Both the position numbers and the translations under genes were made by a program. DNA of 64,000 nucleotides from a virus. Shown one piece after another: positions 47,110 through 57,735 of this stretch. A model generated the notes under the pieces. That model was not told where the DNA came from. It saw only the letters and a list, made by a program, of their open reading frames with translations, and ran no database searches. Where the stretch lies: positions 1 to 64,000 of IMG/VR virus record IMGVR_UViG_3300042922_000250; one strand, 5' to 3'. Position 1 is the stretch's first letter. Every line of letters starts with the position of its first letter.

Positions 47110-48097
47110 TCATTAATTGTCCTGTCGATGTCATATAAAAATCGCCAGCAACCAACCCGCCAGTAATTGCCGCAGCGTTACTAGCATATGTTGAGATTGC
47201 AGCTATATTTAAAGTTCCTGCTGTAAGCACTGTTTTATAGCCGCTTCGTGGTGTAATTTCAAAATTTCCTCCTAAACTATTAGTCAATTTTGCCGCGAAC
47301 GCTGAATTGTTAGTAGAGCCTCCACCGATATAAATACTATTTCCTGCTGTCCGAAAATGCACATTATAGCCGCTTCGTGGTGTAATGTGGATGTCGCCAC
47401 TTGTTTCTTCGTATTCGATCGTCGCTTGGCCAGCAAGCATGATTGGGCCACCAAAACGCACAGGCGTGGTTCCTGCCGTATAAATTGCATAGTTGCTAAC
47501 GCCACGAGTTAAGCTGTCAACGTATAGACCATACAGATTTGTGATTACGCCTGTTCCAAGCGGGTTCGCCGCCTTAAACTCGCTCAATTCAGTGATAGTT
47601 CCCGCGACAACATCTGGCTGCATCCAAAAACCAGACATTCGGCCTAGTGTCCCGGTGTTGTCGTAATGCGGATATGCTTGGAAACTGTGATGATGATTAG
47701 AATTCTGAACTCCCTGGATTCTAGCGTTATCGTTGAAGCTTGCGTGCGCCTGCGTTGGACTGATCTCCGAATAATCAACGATTGAATCGTCGAGAAAACC
47801 GTAGTGTGCATGGGCGGTGATTTCTTCTGCTGCGTGATAACGCGCTATGCCGGTTAGTCCTGTTCTTGTTCCGGCGAAAACACTCTTGATTATTGCGGTT
47901 GATGTTCCATCCAAAAAACCGCCAATCGTTTCCGCGTTCTCTTTCGCTTTTATGTCTATGTTTTTAAATAAGAAATTGAACAGTTCAAGGCTTGGCGGCA
48001 ATCCGTTTAAAAATTCAAACCCTTGCAAATACTCTTCGTCTGTCGGCGGAGACACCGGTCCATTTTGTGCAAAAATCTTAGAAAAGTCGGCGGCCAT
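47099..48097 (-). CDS. Second tail fibre/spike
   Basis: N-terminus identical to 48232..49113; internal ITPRSGY repeat. Confidence 0.75.
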   Translation of the reverse strand: MAADFSKIFAQNGPVSPPTDEEYLQGFEFLNGLPPSLELFNFLFKNIDIKAKENAETIGGFLDGTSTAIIKSVFAGTRTGLTGIARYHAAEEITAHAHYGFLDDSIVDYSEISPTQAHASFNDNARIQGVQNSNHHHSFQAYPHYDNTGTLGRMSGFWMQPDVVAGTITELSEFKAANPLGTGVITNLYGLYVDSLTRGVSNYAIYTAGTTPVRFGGPIMLAGQATIEYEETSGDIHITPRSGYNVHFRTAGNSIYIGGGSTNNSAFAAKLTNSLGGNFEITPRSGYKTVLTAGTLNIAAISTYASNAAAITGGLVAGDFYMTSTGQLMIVY

Positions 48098-48134
48098 TTC
48101 AAAACCTCCCAAATAAAAATAAACGCCGAAGCGC

Positions 48135-48210
48135 TTAGTACTTAATGTATTAGAAAATGCAACATTACGCGGCCTTGCCTCAGATTCACCGCTTTCAGCG
48201 TTAACGTCCG
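48135..48210 (-). pseudogene. Relic of a tail fibre C-terminus
   Basis: ESEARPRNVAF then frameshifted YIKY*. Confidence 0.6.
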
Positions 48211-48231
48211 CATGCTTTAACGACTCCTTAT

Positions 48232-49113
48232 TTAGTAGCGCATCACCGCCAATGCTGCGATGTTTTGAGGGCGTGCCATGCCAATGAAGGCTTCACCTTG
48301 CACACCTGTGTTTTGATCCAAAAAAGGAGTATTTATGCCCGGAGAATAGGTCCCGAATGGAAATGTATCCATACCAGCTGCAGCTAATGCATCGGCATAG
48401 ACATTCCCCGATGTATACCATAGACCAGATATTGTTACGGCACTTTGCGACGTATCAATCGCAATTGCAGAGCCTTTTTGCCAAGAACCGATAGTTCTGG
48501 CGTTGTCAACGCCTTTCCCGTCATCGGAGTATCTCTCGAATTCCCCGCGCCAATCCGGTAATGAAAATGTGGTGCTGCCATCTCCCATGCCAAATAATCC
48601 GGGATATGTTGCTGTATTAACGGTTGTAAGTCCGTTGTCGATAGCGAACTTCCATAGGCGGGGATATGTTGCTCTATTTACGGTCGCCCCATTAGCTTTG
48701 ATATACCCAGGGCGCACAGCTAAGTCACCGATAACCCGGCCGATCGCTGTGCCATCCCGCACGTCGTCAATTATCCACGTTACAGTTCCGTCTGCCGTCA
48801 TTTCTCCGACATTTGGCCATGTAGGTTCAGTCGATCCGCTGGTCCCTGCGATAACACATTCAAACCGTTTATAGCTTGCGGCATTAATCGAAAATCGGAT
48901 ATCGCCAACAACATACGATGTTAACGGCATCCATTGCCGATTAATCGCCAGCAAGTACTGCATTTTTAAGTCCAATTTCTGGAACATGTAATTAAACAGC
49001 CTATACGTAGGAGGATTGCTGCCCAAAAATTCAAACCCTTGCAAATACTCTTCGTCTGTCGGCGGAGACACCGGTCCATTTTGTGCAAAAATCTTAGAAA
49101 AGTCGGCGGCCAT
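48232..49113 (-). CDS. Tail fibre with collar domain
   Basis: NGATVNRATYPRL, GDGSTTFSLPDWRGEF, ARPQNIA. Confidence 0.88.
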   Translation of the reverse strand: MAADFSKIFAQNGPVSPPTDEEYLQGFEFLGSNPPTYRLFNYMFQKLDLKMQYLLAINRQWMPLTSYVVGDIRFSINAASYKRFECVIAGTSGSTEPTWPNVGEMTADGTVTWIIDDVRDGTAIGRVIGDLAVRPGYIKANGATVNRATYPRLWKFAIDNGLTTVNTATYPGLFGMGDGSTTFSLPDWRGEFERYSDDGKGVDNARTIGSWQKGSAIAIDTSQSAVTISGLWYTSGNVYADALAAAGMDTFPFGTYSPGINTPFLDQNTGVQGEAFIGMARPQNIAALAVMRY

Positions 49114-49127
49114 TAGCTATCACCTCT

Positions 49128-49793
49128 TTAATTTATTCGTCTAGCGAATACGCCTTCGCCAAAGCCTTTATATCCGATTTCAGGATAATTCGAAAAACCA
49201 AACACCGAATCGCCAAAATACGATTTAAATTCAATTCCTACTCCGCCTGGCCTAACGAGTAAATTTATAGCGCTAATCAGCGCTATATCGTTTTTAGTGA
49301 GCTCTTTCCCAATCGCTAACCATATCTTCGCATCCCCATTTTCTTTCATCAGCACCTTGGAATTAAACATCCGTACCAAACTGTTAATGGTGCCTTCGGT
49401 GGTTCCGTCTGACGTGTTATATGCGACCTTGGCCCACAGAACGCGCTTATATTCAGCGTCGCCTAACGTGCGCGAAGAATAATAGGTTTCTCCTATGTCG
49501 CGGAATCGCGCCTGATCAAAGCCAGTTACATAAGGCAATTGCTCATAAAAACCAAAAAATGGGATCGTAATTGCCTTGTCTATTTTTCGGGGGCGAACAA
49601 CTATCTCGCCGCAACCGTCTAGTTGTGCACCTGCTCCGGTATCAATCCAACGTTTATTTTGTAAATCGTCAAATACTTGCGCCAATAGATCAAGTTCAGC
49701 GCCAATAGCATCAAGAAGTCCATGCAGATTCGGAGAGTTCGCAAATTGCATCAAAAGGCGATCTGTCATTTGTTGACCATATGCGCTGCTCAT
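49128..49793 (-). CDS. Baseplate wedge protein (DUF2612-like)
   Basis: GAQLDGCG; position after baseplate J. Confidence 0.75.
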   Translation of the reverse strand: MSSAYGQQMTDRLLMQFANSPNLHGLLDAIGAELDLLAQVFDDLQNKRWIDTGAGAQLDGCGEIVVRPRKIDKAITIPFFGFYEQLPYVTGFDQARFRDIGETYYSSRTLGDAEYKRVLWAKVAYNTSDGTTEGTINSLVRMFNSKVLMKENGDAKIWLAIGKELTKNDIALISAINLLVRPGGVGIEFKSYFGDSVFGFSNYPEIGYKGFGEGVFARRIN

Positions 49794-51214
49794 CCCGCCG
49801 TCACCTCGATCCTCGCAGCATCAAACGTCGCTAGTTCTCTTACCCCGATATTTATATTGGTGGCAGTGTAGGTCACGCCGTCAGCAGAACCGGTTAACTC
49901 AACATATCCGATCCCTTCCACGTTGCGGATTACATAGGCTGATAATCTTTGCAAGATCACGTTCTGACCAACGGAAAGCGTATTCCCTTGCGTAAGCAAG
50001 TATTCAGCACTTTCCAATACTGCATTACCAGACATCCCGACTTCTGTATCCTCGTGGAGTATACACCGCAAATAAACAGGAATATCCGTAGGGCGATTAA
50101 ATTTAATTATGTGCGGGAGACCCTGACTGTCGGTAACTTCAACGGACACGCTGCCGTATGTATCAATTCCCGCAGCTTTTTTCCTCCAAATTGCATTTGC
50201 AATATCTCCTTCGTCTCCGCCCTGAATAACAGCCTCAATACTGTGTGGAGGCCGTCCATCGCTGTCGGTGGCGTCAGTCGTATTTTCAAAAACAATTGCC
50301 GCCGCGACGCCAACAACGTCGTTAATCAAACTCGCTTGTATGGCTTCCACCATTGCGGCGCCTTGAGAAGAAACTGAGCGGGAATATCTTTGCCGCAGTT
50401 CTGTGTCGGTTTCCAAATCACGACCAGGATATGCAGCACTTTCATTGATGGCAGATGTCCACCCAGCAATCTGAGTGACAATGCTTTTAACTGTGCCGAT
50501 AGCAGGATTGAGCGTGCCTGTTTCCGCTGCGTAAAACTCCACAGGGCTGCCAACATTAACAACAGTCAGCGTCGTGGAATAGTTAACCGCCTTTCCATTA
50601 ATCCGGTCTACCTGGGTATAGGTCAGCACATCGTTTGTCACGCTCGCCGTCCATCCAGCAGGCGAACCTACTGTTAACGCCACTAATACGCTATTAACCG
50701 TATCACCGCCGCCGGCTGTTTTTGTCATGGTCGTTCCGTCAATGGTGACGCTATATGTTGAGCCGTTTGACACGCCGTTAGAGGTAATCGACAGGCTCAC
50801 CGCATTAGACAAACTGATCGTATTTGCCTGATTAGTTTCATAGTAGCTGCTATCCGTCCCCTGGATTTGAGCGCCGCTGCCGATTACCGTCCCTGGGGCG
50901 CCATAGCAAACCTCGTAAAGCTTGGTTTTCTGAGCATTAATTCTGGTAATACCCGCGAATCCCACCGAATTCGACATACTCACGCCGTTTGCGGTGTTTG
51001 GATACATGGCATTATATTGATCTTCGGCCACCTGCCAAAGATCATCAATTGCCGCCACGAATACGCCAATGGCCTGCCCGATAACGCTGTTCGGCTTTGT
51101 GCTAATTGCAACGCCGACTGCAGCCGATAAATTGCTTTCAATATCCGATTTGATTTGATCTAGCCGCTTCCGCACAAAGCCATTTACAGTAACTCCATAT
51201 TCACTCGTCGCCAT
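49790..51214 (-). CDS. Baseplate J-like protein
   Basis: GRDLETDTELRQR, PPHSI. Confidence 0.9.
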   Translation of the reverse strand: MATSEYGVTVNGFVRKRLDQIKSDIESNLSAAVGVAISTKPNSVIGQAIGVFVAAIDDLWQVAEDQYNAMYPNTANGVSMSNSVGFAGITRINAQKTKLYEVCYGAPGTVIGSGAQIQGTDSSYYETNQANTISLSNAVSLSITSNGVSNGSTYSVTIDGTTMTKTAGGGDTVNSVLVALTVGSPAGWTASVTNDVLTYTQVDRINGKAVNYSTTLTVVNVGSPVEFYAAETGTLNPAIGTVKSIVTQIAGWTSAINESAAYPGRDLETDTELRQRYSRSVSSQGAAMVEAIQASLINDVVGVAAAIVFENTTDATDSDGRPPHSIEAVIQGGDEGDIANAIWRKKAAGIDTYGSVSVEVTDSQGLPHIIKFNRPTDIPVYLRCILHEDTEVGMSGNAVLESAEYLLTQGNTLSVGQNVILQRLSAYVIRNVEGIGYVELTGSADGVTYTATNINIGVRELATFDAARIEVTAG

Positions 51215-51572
51215 ATCCCAACACCTCCTTTGCGGTAACAAGTCCATAAGTCGTTTCGGCCACAAAATCGACGGTTAATGTTCTGCTTTGGTTGTTCAAC
51301 GTCAAAGATAAAGCAGTTACAGCGAACACATCGTCAACGTCAAGAATTTGCTGGCGCAAGATATTGCGGATATGGTCAAGGCTCGGGTTTTTAATCAGGA
51401 TATCTTCCCAGTATGGCACGCCATAGGTGGTGTCCAGAAACCATTCGCCTAAAAAAGATTTGAGTTTGATTTTTATTTGTTGTGCGACACGCTCAGCGTC
51501 GCTAATCAGCACAAGATCGCCGTCTTTAAAAATCAGGTCATGGTTTGCTGCGGATAGTGCAAAATCATGCAT
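51201..51572 (-). CDS. Baseplate gp25-like protein
   Basis: GEWFLDTTYGVPY. Confidence 0.8.
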   Translation of the reverse strand: MHDFALSAANHDLIFKDGDLVLISDAERVAQQIKIKLKSFLGEWFLDTTYGVPYWEDILIKNPSLDHIRNILRQQILDVDDVFAVTALSLTLNNQSRTLTVDFVAETTYGLVTAKEVLGYGDE

Positions 51573-51583
51573 AAATAACCTCC

Positions 51584-52126
51584 TTAACTCGGAGTCGATG
51601 TATTACTACCGCCAGACTGGACGCCGCCGTGGACATGACCTAAAAACGATATTCCCCCGATAATCAGATCCGTGTTAATGCTGGCCGGTCCGTTCTCAGG
51701 GATAGATAACACGCAGCTACCGTGTTTAATTTCGATCGCATTGTTATTCGTCGCCCTGGTTGGCTTCATGCCAACAAAGGCGGCACAGTCGGTCAGATCA
51801 TACTTTCGCGGATCCTCGCTCTCGCCACTTAACAGCCAATCGTCTATAGACCGCTCAGCAAAAACCAGCCAGCAATCGTCACCATCTTTAACGGGGTATG
51901 TAATTGACGCATTGCCGCCGCTTGGGAAATATACCGGCACATTAACAATGACCGGAGCATCAAGCGTCCGGCCATCGGATACCTTGTATTTTATTGCCGA
52001 CTGCACACTGGCTCTGCCTGTGCCAGGGTCATAACTGATGATCTTGCCGGGGGCAGAGGTGTGAATTCCTGATACTATTCCTTTCGCCAAGTCAACAACG
52101 GCCTGCATTGTCTGGTTGTTACTCAT
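51584..52126 (-). CDS. Baseplate spike (Gp138-like)
   Basis: VFAERSID.W; C-terminal HVH. Confidence 0.88.
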   Translation of the reverse strand: MSNNQTMQAVVDLAKGIVSGIHTSAPGKIISYDPGTGRASVQSAIKYKVSDGRTLDAPVIVNVPVYFPSGGNASITYPVKDGDDCWLVFAERSIDDWLLSGESEDPRKYDLTDCAAFVGMKPTRATNNNAIEIKHGSCVLSIPENGPASINTDLIIGGISFLGHVHGGVQSGGSNTSTPS

Positions 52127-53021
52127 CTTCATCCACCACAATCAACTCCTGTTCGGTGTACCATTCATTACCGTGCGTGTCCCCTGAATGCTTCATCGTT
52201 TCCACCCGAAACCACCCCGTTACCGTGTCGGATTCAACACGAACCAGATCGCCCGGGTTAACGGTCGGCGCAAGCAGAGTAACTATTTTCCACCCGGCTT
52301 TTTTCTCCGCTTTCTTCTTCTTGACCTTGCGCTTCTTTTTGGCAACTTGGTCAGGACGTTTGACCGCCTTTATAATCCTCTCAGGGCTGCCAACAAGGCC
52401 GCTAGATGGAGAAAAGACCAATGCTCTAACGGTTGTACTGCCGCCGTCCATAATGACCTGCAGGACGTTGTTTTGGATGCTCCACGTTGCCCCGGATGCG
52501 TCCAGGACTTTATTGAGGCATTCCCTACCCTGGCCGACAAAAGAGAATCCTGCCGGGTATGATGCGAGTTCCACGTCAGGCGCAATCTGCGCAACCAGTC
52601 CCATCTGCGCGGTTACATCGGATACGATCTTACTGCCAGCAACCCCCGCAGAATAGCCAAGCGATACAACCGTGTCCCGGATAGCGATTTGCCCGTCTGA
52701 TAGTTCAAACTCAGTTACTCTTTCCGGTCCTTCCCTGCGCGTTGTCGCGTAGGTAACTGCGCCAAGAAAAATACGCCGCAGGCCTATGTCCTCGGCGTAT
52801 CCTACCTGTAATTCGCAGATTAAGTCGTCAACCTCTAACTTCCCCCTGGTCGCTTCCGAAAGGTTATAGATTTTGATTGACGACTTATTTGTCTGCTGGG
52901 TCAGGTCCTTATCGATATCGAACTCAATCCGTAGGCTATCGTTTTTACCGTCGGACTCAATGACAATACCCTCTTCGCCTTGAACCCCAGCCATGAGGCG
53001 AAATATACGGTTAAATTGCAT
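52119..53021 (-). CDS. Baseplate hub protein
   Basis: IKIYNLS, WSIQN, HSGDT. Confidence 0.75.
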   Translation of the reverse strand: MQFNRIFRLMAGVQGEEGIVIESDGKNDSLRIEFDIDKDLTQQTNKSSIKIYNLSEATRGKLEVDDLICELQVGYAEDIGLRRIFLGAVTYATTRREGPERVTEFELSDGQIAIRDTVVSLGYSAGVAGSKIVSDVTAQMGLVAQIAPDVELASYPAGFSFVGQGRECLNKVLDASGATWSIQNNVLQVIMDGGSTTVRALVFSPSSGLVGSPERIIKAVKRPDQVAKKKRKVKKKKAEKKAGWKIVTLLAPTVNPGDLVRVESDTVTGWFRVETMKHSGDTHGNEWYTEQELIVVDEDE

Positions 53022-53355
53022 TGATTTCAGCCTCCGTGACGTAAACCAGAATAGCCTTGCTGTTCGAAAAGTCATTTCGGCTTACGGTTTGAATTGTGGT
53101 ATCCATAGTTACTATCATGAGTTCGCCGGGAGGCAAGCCGGGGCGGTGATACGGTTTAAGCAAAGGATAGTCCGGCACAGACTTGACGCCTTCAAGCAGC
53201 GAAACACCGCTGTCGCTTCGAATGCTTAACGTCCAGTAACCGCCTACATCGTTGTAAAGCATGCGGATTTTATATTGCGTGCTATCCAGAGTAGCAGTAA
53301 ACACAATATCATTCGCATCTAAAAAGGCTATTGTCTGCATTGCATTAACCTCCAA
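53011..53355 (-). CDS. Baseplate protein
   Basis: Position, size. Confidence 0.6.
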   Translation of the reverse strand: MEVNAMQTIAFLDANDIVFTATLDSTQYKIRMLYNDVGGYWTLSIRSDSGVSLLEGVKSVPDYPLLKPYHRPGLPPGELMIVTMDTTIQTVSRNDFSNSKAILVYVTEAEINAI

Positions 53356-53953
53356 ACGCCTTGGATATTCCTTCTAATGCTCTTTTGGCCATAGAGGCCC
53401 TTCGGCCAGAATCATCCGGCGCGTTATTTATTTCCTCCTGCGTAGCCGTTCCGCCGTTCGCTTCCGTCTCTCCTGCCCGGTTGATCATGGACAGGTCAAC
53501 AATGTTTTGCGGAATATCGGTTGTTTTGACCTTTACCCGCCGGATTTGGATAAACTCGCAGGGAATGCGGATTAGGTTTTTGTTTTCGACATTACGAGGA
53601 ATTCTAGCCGATGTCATGACCATGTTTTCCCATGTGTTAAACTGCGTGATAATTGTTATAGGCTGAGCGTTTTTATAAATTTGTTCAAAGGCTGCCAGAG
53701 CGGTACTGACCTTATCCGTCGACTGCCCCAATCTATCCAGCCATGTTACCGGGCTTTGTGTAATGCCGACGACTGCGGAAACCTTGACCGGCTTCCTGAT
53801 TACATGATCGGCGACAGGAAAGCCATCTTCTACCGGATGCTCGGTCACATCGCTTTCAAGGCTGTATTCCTGCTCGACAAGAACATCAACTTCGATTAAT
53901 CCTATCTTTGTTGGATTTGTCAGGTCAGGGAAAAATATGCTTGATGTTGCCAT
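53345..53953 (-). CDS. Dit-like/tube initiator protein
   Basis: VTEHPVEDG...DH. Confidence 0.7.
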   Translation of the reverse strand: MATSSIFFPDLTNPTKIGLIEVDVLVEQEYSLESDVTEHPVEDGFPVADHVIRKPVKVSAVVGITQSPVTWLDRLGQSTDKVSTALAAFEQIYKNAQPITIITQFNTWENMVMTSARIPRNVENKNLIRIPCEFIQIRRVKVKTTDIPQNIVDLSMINRAGETEANGGTATQEEINNAPDDSGRRASMAKRALEGISKAFGG

Positions 53954-53955
53954 TA

Positions 53956-55575
53956 TCAGTCGCCCCCTGGGATCAGATACTGCAGATCGCGGGCCAGTTT
54001 GTCGTTGCTTGATCCGGCAGCTTCTGCGGTTTTTTCTCCGACTTGCGCCGCGACCTGCTGGCCAGTTCCAGCCATATTTTGCTCGATATGGGTGTCGCTG
54101 GTATAGTGAACGACAACCGTACTTCCGCCGCCAATGCTTGCCATTCCAGCAGCGCCGACGCCATATGAACCCATGCCCCCCGCTCCTCCGTTGAAGGTAG
54201 GAGCGTTATCTTTTATTTTCTGAAAAACGGACATTGCTTTTTCGCCCAATCCAGTAAAATGCTCTTTGGCCGTTTCAATCGCGCCGCTGATATCGCCGGT
54301 GAACACTTGCTTCCAAAATTTTAACCCGCGCAGCATTATGTCTATAATACTTTGCCACGTAGACAGCCAACCAGTTTTCAAATCATCCCAGTACCCAATA
54401 AGTTGATCTACTAGCTGAGATATCCAAGCGCTTACCTTGATCTTGAAATCGTCCCAACTGCCGAGCCAATCGCCAAGAACCGATTCGCCGCCTGTTATCC
54501 AGTAATACAAATCCTCGACGACCAAAACCAGAGCCATAATCCCTAACGTTATAGCGGCTATGGTCAGAAAGGCAGGGTTGAGAAGAAACGATAGAAACGA
54601 TTTTGCAAGATTAACAACGCCAATCCTCAAAACACCAAGAGCTATCCTCCACATTTCCAAGGTGAATAGCCCCTCACGGAATATAACAAATGCTACTCCG
54701 AAAGAGGCCAAAGCTATTGTGGCTAACTTAAAAGCGTTAGCCCACCCGCCGACAAGTTTGATTCCTTTTTCGAGAACAGTTGCAATTCCGTCAGCAGCTT
54801 TCATGATTCCCCTAGCGATGTGCTGAAATACGCTAGTTTCCTTGTTCAGACCAAAAATAAGGCTTCCGATCCGGTTCAGCGCATAGGTAACAGATTGTTC
54901 AATCGTTACAGGCATGCGTTCAAATTCGCGGTCCATTTTTGCTTTAGCTTTGAGAATGGCTTTAAAGACACCCTCTGCAGTCAGTTCGCCATCGGCGCCC
55001 ATCTGTTTCAGTTTGCCGACCGTCACACCGTAATATTTCGCTACTTCATCCATCAGTACTGACGCGTTTTCACCCAGGCTGCGCAGTTCGTCGCCCTGCA
55101 GTCGACCGGATGATAACGCCTGACTAAGCTGCAAGATCGTTGCCTGTGCCTGGGCCGTGCCTGCACCGCCAACAACTAAGGCTTTATTTACTGTCTCAGT
55201 TACGTCCAGTATGTCCTGTTGAGATGCGCCTAACTGGTCAGAGCTGCGTGCCATTTTATAATAAAGATCGCCGGTAGCAGCATACTCCTGCCTGGTCTTC
55301 TGTGCAATGTCGAAAACCTTCTGCTGCATGTCCGCTTGTTCTTCTGCGGATTTTGTGACCAGGCCAATCCGGGAATTGACGTTAGTCCATTCGTCGCCGA
55401 TCTTAACGACTTCACCAGCGCCTAGCGCCAGACCGACAACCGCAGCCATCCTGCCAAGAACACCGATAGCGGCAGTTGCACGGTCTTTAATATTCGCAAT
55501 GCCCTGGTCAGCCCTTTTAAGTTTGCTTTCGTCCAGGCTAAAACCAAGACCAATAAGCAGTTCTCTAACGACCAT
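53956..55575 (-). CDS. Tape measure protein
   Basis: QLSQALSSGRLQGDE; TM segments. Confidence 0.92.
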   Translation of the reverse strand: MVVRELLIGLGFSLDESKLKRADQGIANIKDRATAAIGVLGRMAAVVGLALGAGEVVKIGDEWTNVNSRIGLVTKSAEEQADMQQKVFDIAQKTRQEYAATGDLYYKMARSSDQLGASQQDILDVTETVNKALVVGGAGTAQAQATILQLSQALSSGRLQGDELRSLGENASVLMDEVAKYYGVTVGKLKQMGADGELTAEGVFKAILKAKAKMDREFERMPVTIEQSVTYALNRIGSLIFGLNKETSVFQHIARGIMKAADGIATVLEKGIKLVGGWANAFKLATIALASFGVAFVIFREGLFTLEMWRIALGVLRIGVVNLAKSFLSFLLNPAFLTIAAITLGIMALVLVVEDLYYWITGGESVLGDWLGSWDDFKIKVSAWISQLVDQLIGYWDDLKTGWLSTWQSIIDIMLRGLKFWKQVFTGDISGAIETAKEHFTGLGEKAMSVFQKIKDNAPTFNGGAGGMGSYGVGAAGMASIGGGSTVVVHYTSDTHIEQNMAGTGQQVAAQVGEKTAEAAGSSNDKLARDLQYLIPGGD

Positions 55576-55632
55576 GTATCACATCTCCTTTTTAAAGGGC
55601 ATAAAGAAACCCGCCATTAGGCGGGTTTGTAC

Positions 55633-56085
55633 TTAATATTTCGGCCTTGTATCAATCGTTTCTTTGTTTTCTCGGATGTATTTTTCTATAACCCCATAGG
55701 GAGATTGATTATTATATTTTTTCCATTTATCGCCTCGCGTATCTCCTGTCACCCATTCGCCGTTCTCGTCGAAAGCGGCAAACGACAACAATCTGGCAAT
55801 GCTTTCGTTAATGCTAAATTCATTCGTACTTTCCATAGTGGCAACCTTTGACCACACGTCTTGCTGTTTCTTCGCAAATTCCGGAGAAAAGGTATGCTTA
55901 ATTTTAACCTTGTAGTTTGTTGGCTGGAGTGTAAATTGCTGGATGGTATCCGATTCAAATAAAAACTTGACTTCTGGATTCGCGGTTTTAACCTCGACCC
56001 ACTCAGCAGATGAAATTCCTGGGAAAAACAAAATAGTAATAACAATGAGCAGTTTCCCAATTGTCGATTTAATATATTTCCCCAA
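55633..56085 (-). CDS. Exported moron protein
   Basis: Signal peptide SSA|EW; own terminator. Confidence 0.7.
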   Translation of the reverse strand: MGKYIKSTIGKLLIVITILFFPGISSAEWVEVKTANPEVKFLFESDTIQQFTLQPTNYKVKIKHTFSPEFAKKQQDVWSKVATMESTNEFSINESIARLLSFAAFDENGEWVTGDTRGDKWKKYNNQSPYGVIEKYIRENKETIDTRPKY

Positions 56086-56188
56086 AGCATGTCACTCCTT
56101 TTTTGCCATCATTATACCATATTCAACCACCTCCGACTATAATCTCCAACAAAAAGGAGCCTTTCGGCTCCCGATGACATTTACTACT

Positions 56189-56962
56189 TTAGGCTGTTTT
56201 ATCTCCGTACTTTATTGCCATTTCTTTTACTATGATTAAATAACCTTCTATCAATTTTTTGTCTTCGGCAATAACATCAAGATAATTCAGACTGGCTATC
56301 TTAGACTTGGAAACACCTTCTAACGACATGTTTTTACGTTTGTTTGTCAATCGGATTTTGAGATTAACGCCAAAACGCTCATCGAGAAGCTTATAGCTTT
56401 CTTTTCTCACATCTTGGATTAATTCATTGCCGCCCAATTGCTTGGCTATTTTATTAATTAATGTCGTTGCATCCCGCCGCCAGTCGTTAGGGCTAAGGGC
56501 AACAATCTCACGAATCCCTTTAATCTCATTTGCCTGTTCTTGCTGAGCGGCAGCAAGTCTCTTAATCTCCTTATCTTGTTCAAGAAGAGATTGTGTGGCC
56601 TGAGCAAGTATTTCAAGTTGGGACATTGGCTTAGTCACATACATTCCGGTTCGGCGAATAGCCGGGAGAATTTCGTCAGCAACGATAGCCTGGAAGGCTT
56701 CTGCGGTTTCATTTTTGGCTTTCATCGCCAGCCGGTAGAAGATGTTTTCGGGGATGAATGATTCTGCCACTTGTGGCAGAAGGCCAAATTCTGCTAAATG
56801 ACCATTTACCCTTGACCACCTAACAGATTCATACTCTTTTCCGCTCTTTGTCTCGGTACTGGTAAACCCCAACCCTCTTGCCACATCTTCCAAATTCAAT
56901 TGTGCAACGCCGTTTTCATCAATATACCCTCGTACGCCAGAAATGGTAATTAAATTACTCAT
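56189..56962 (-). CDS. BRO-N antirepressor
   Basis: LEDVARGLGF, FIPENIFYRL, EILPAIRRTG. Confidence 0.88.
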   Translation of the reverse strand: MSNLITISGVRGYIDENGVAQLNLEDVARGLGFTSTETKSGKEYESVRWSRVNGHLAEFGLLPQVAESFIPENIFYRLAMKAKNETAEAFQAIVADEILPAIRRTGMYVTKPMSQLEILAQATQSLLEQDKEIKRLAAAQQEQANEIKGIREIVALSPNDWRRDATTLINKIAKQLGGNELIQDVRKESYKLLDERFGVNLKIRLTNKRKNMSLEGVSKSKIASLNYLDVIAEDKKLIEGYLIIVKEMAIKYGDKTA

Positions 56963-57521
56963 ACTTTTCCCTCCATTCATTTAACCATTGGTCATAATAT
57001 CTAAAATCTACAAAGATAGTCCCGTCTTCGTGCTCTACCCAATTTGCTAGATTTTGCAGGTCGCATATAATCGTGTCATTCATGCTCCTGCCTCCATTCG
57101 TCCACATATGCCGGGTCAACAATGTATGTACCATCGGTGAACTTCACCCATTTGAAAAAGCCTTGCAGGTCAGCGAACGTTACATTACTCATATGGCTGC
57201 ACCTGCCTTCTTCTTGTCTATCAGATGTTCAATGAGCATTAAGACAATTAAATCTAACACAAGGCTGTCGTTATCAGTCATAATGCATCACCTGCCTCTT
57301 TCTCGCGTTTCGTTTCGGACATTACGTCCCATAGCCAGAGGCGAGCTAGGATTTCAACCAGCGATTCATAGGGGATATCCGTTTTGGTCATAAAAATACC
57401 TCCATCATGCTAAACCTTGCAGATAGAGGGTGGAACATGCTATACTTATAGCAAGTAAGCCTCTTCTGAGGTTTGCGGGATTGGAAGTCCGTCAGAGCGG
57501 CAAACTTGAGCGGGCTTCCTT

Positions 57522-57659
57522 TTACTTTTGGGATTTTTCCAGGTCAGATTTTATAAGTGAGATAACATAGTCCTTGAGGGTGATTCCCTCCAGGGCTATT
57601 TTTACTTTTATCTGCTTATAAAAATCTTCATCGACCTTGAAATTGATGGTTTTTTCCAT
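57522..57659 (-). CDS. 45-aa Arc-like ribbon-helix-helix protein (not in ORF track)
   Basis: MEKTINFKVDEDFYKQIK...TLKDYVISLI; RBS ggaggg. Confidence 0.75.
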   Translation of the reverse strand: MEKTINFKVDEDFYKQIKVKIALEGITLKDYVISLIKSDLEKSQK

Positions 57660-57735
57660 TACATCCCTCCTTGGTACAATATTACAACATTACATTATAT
57701 AATGTCAAGAGGGATTCCCAAAATAAAAGGAAGCG

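Noticed and set aside
47099-49114. Diversity-generating retroelement or invertible fibre switch
   Set aside because: Repeat is identical, direct and N-terminal; no reverse transcriptase or invertase.
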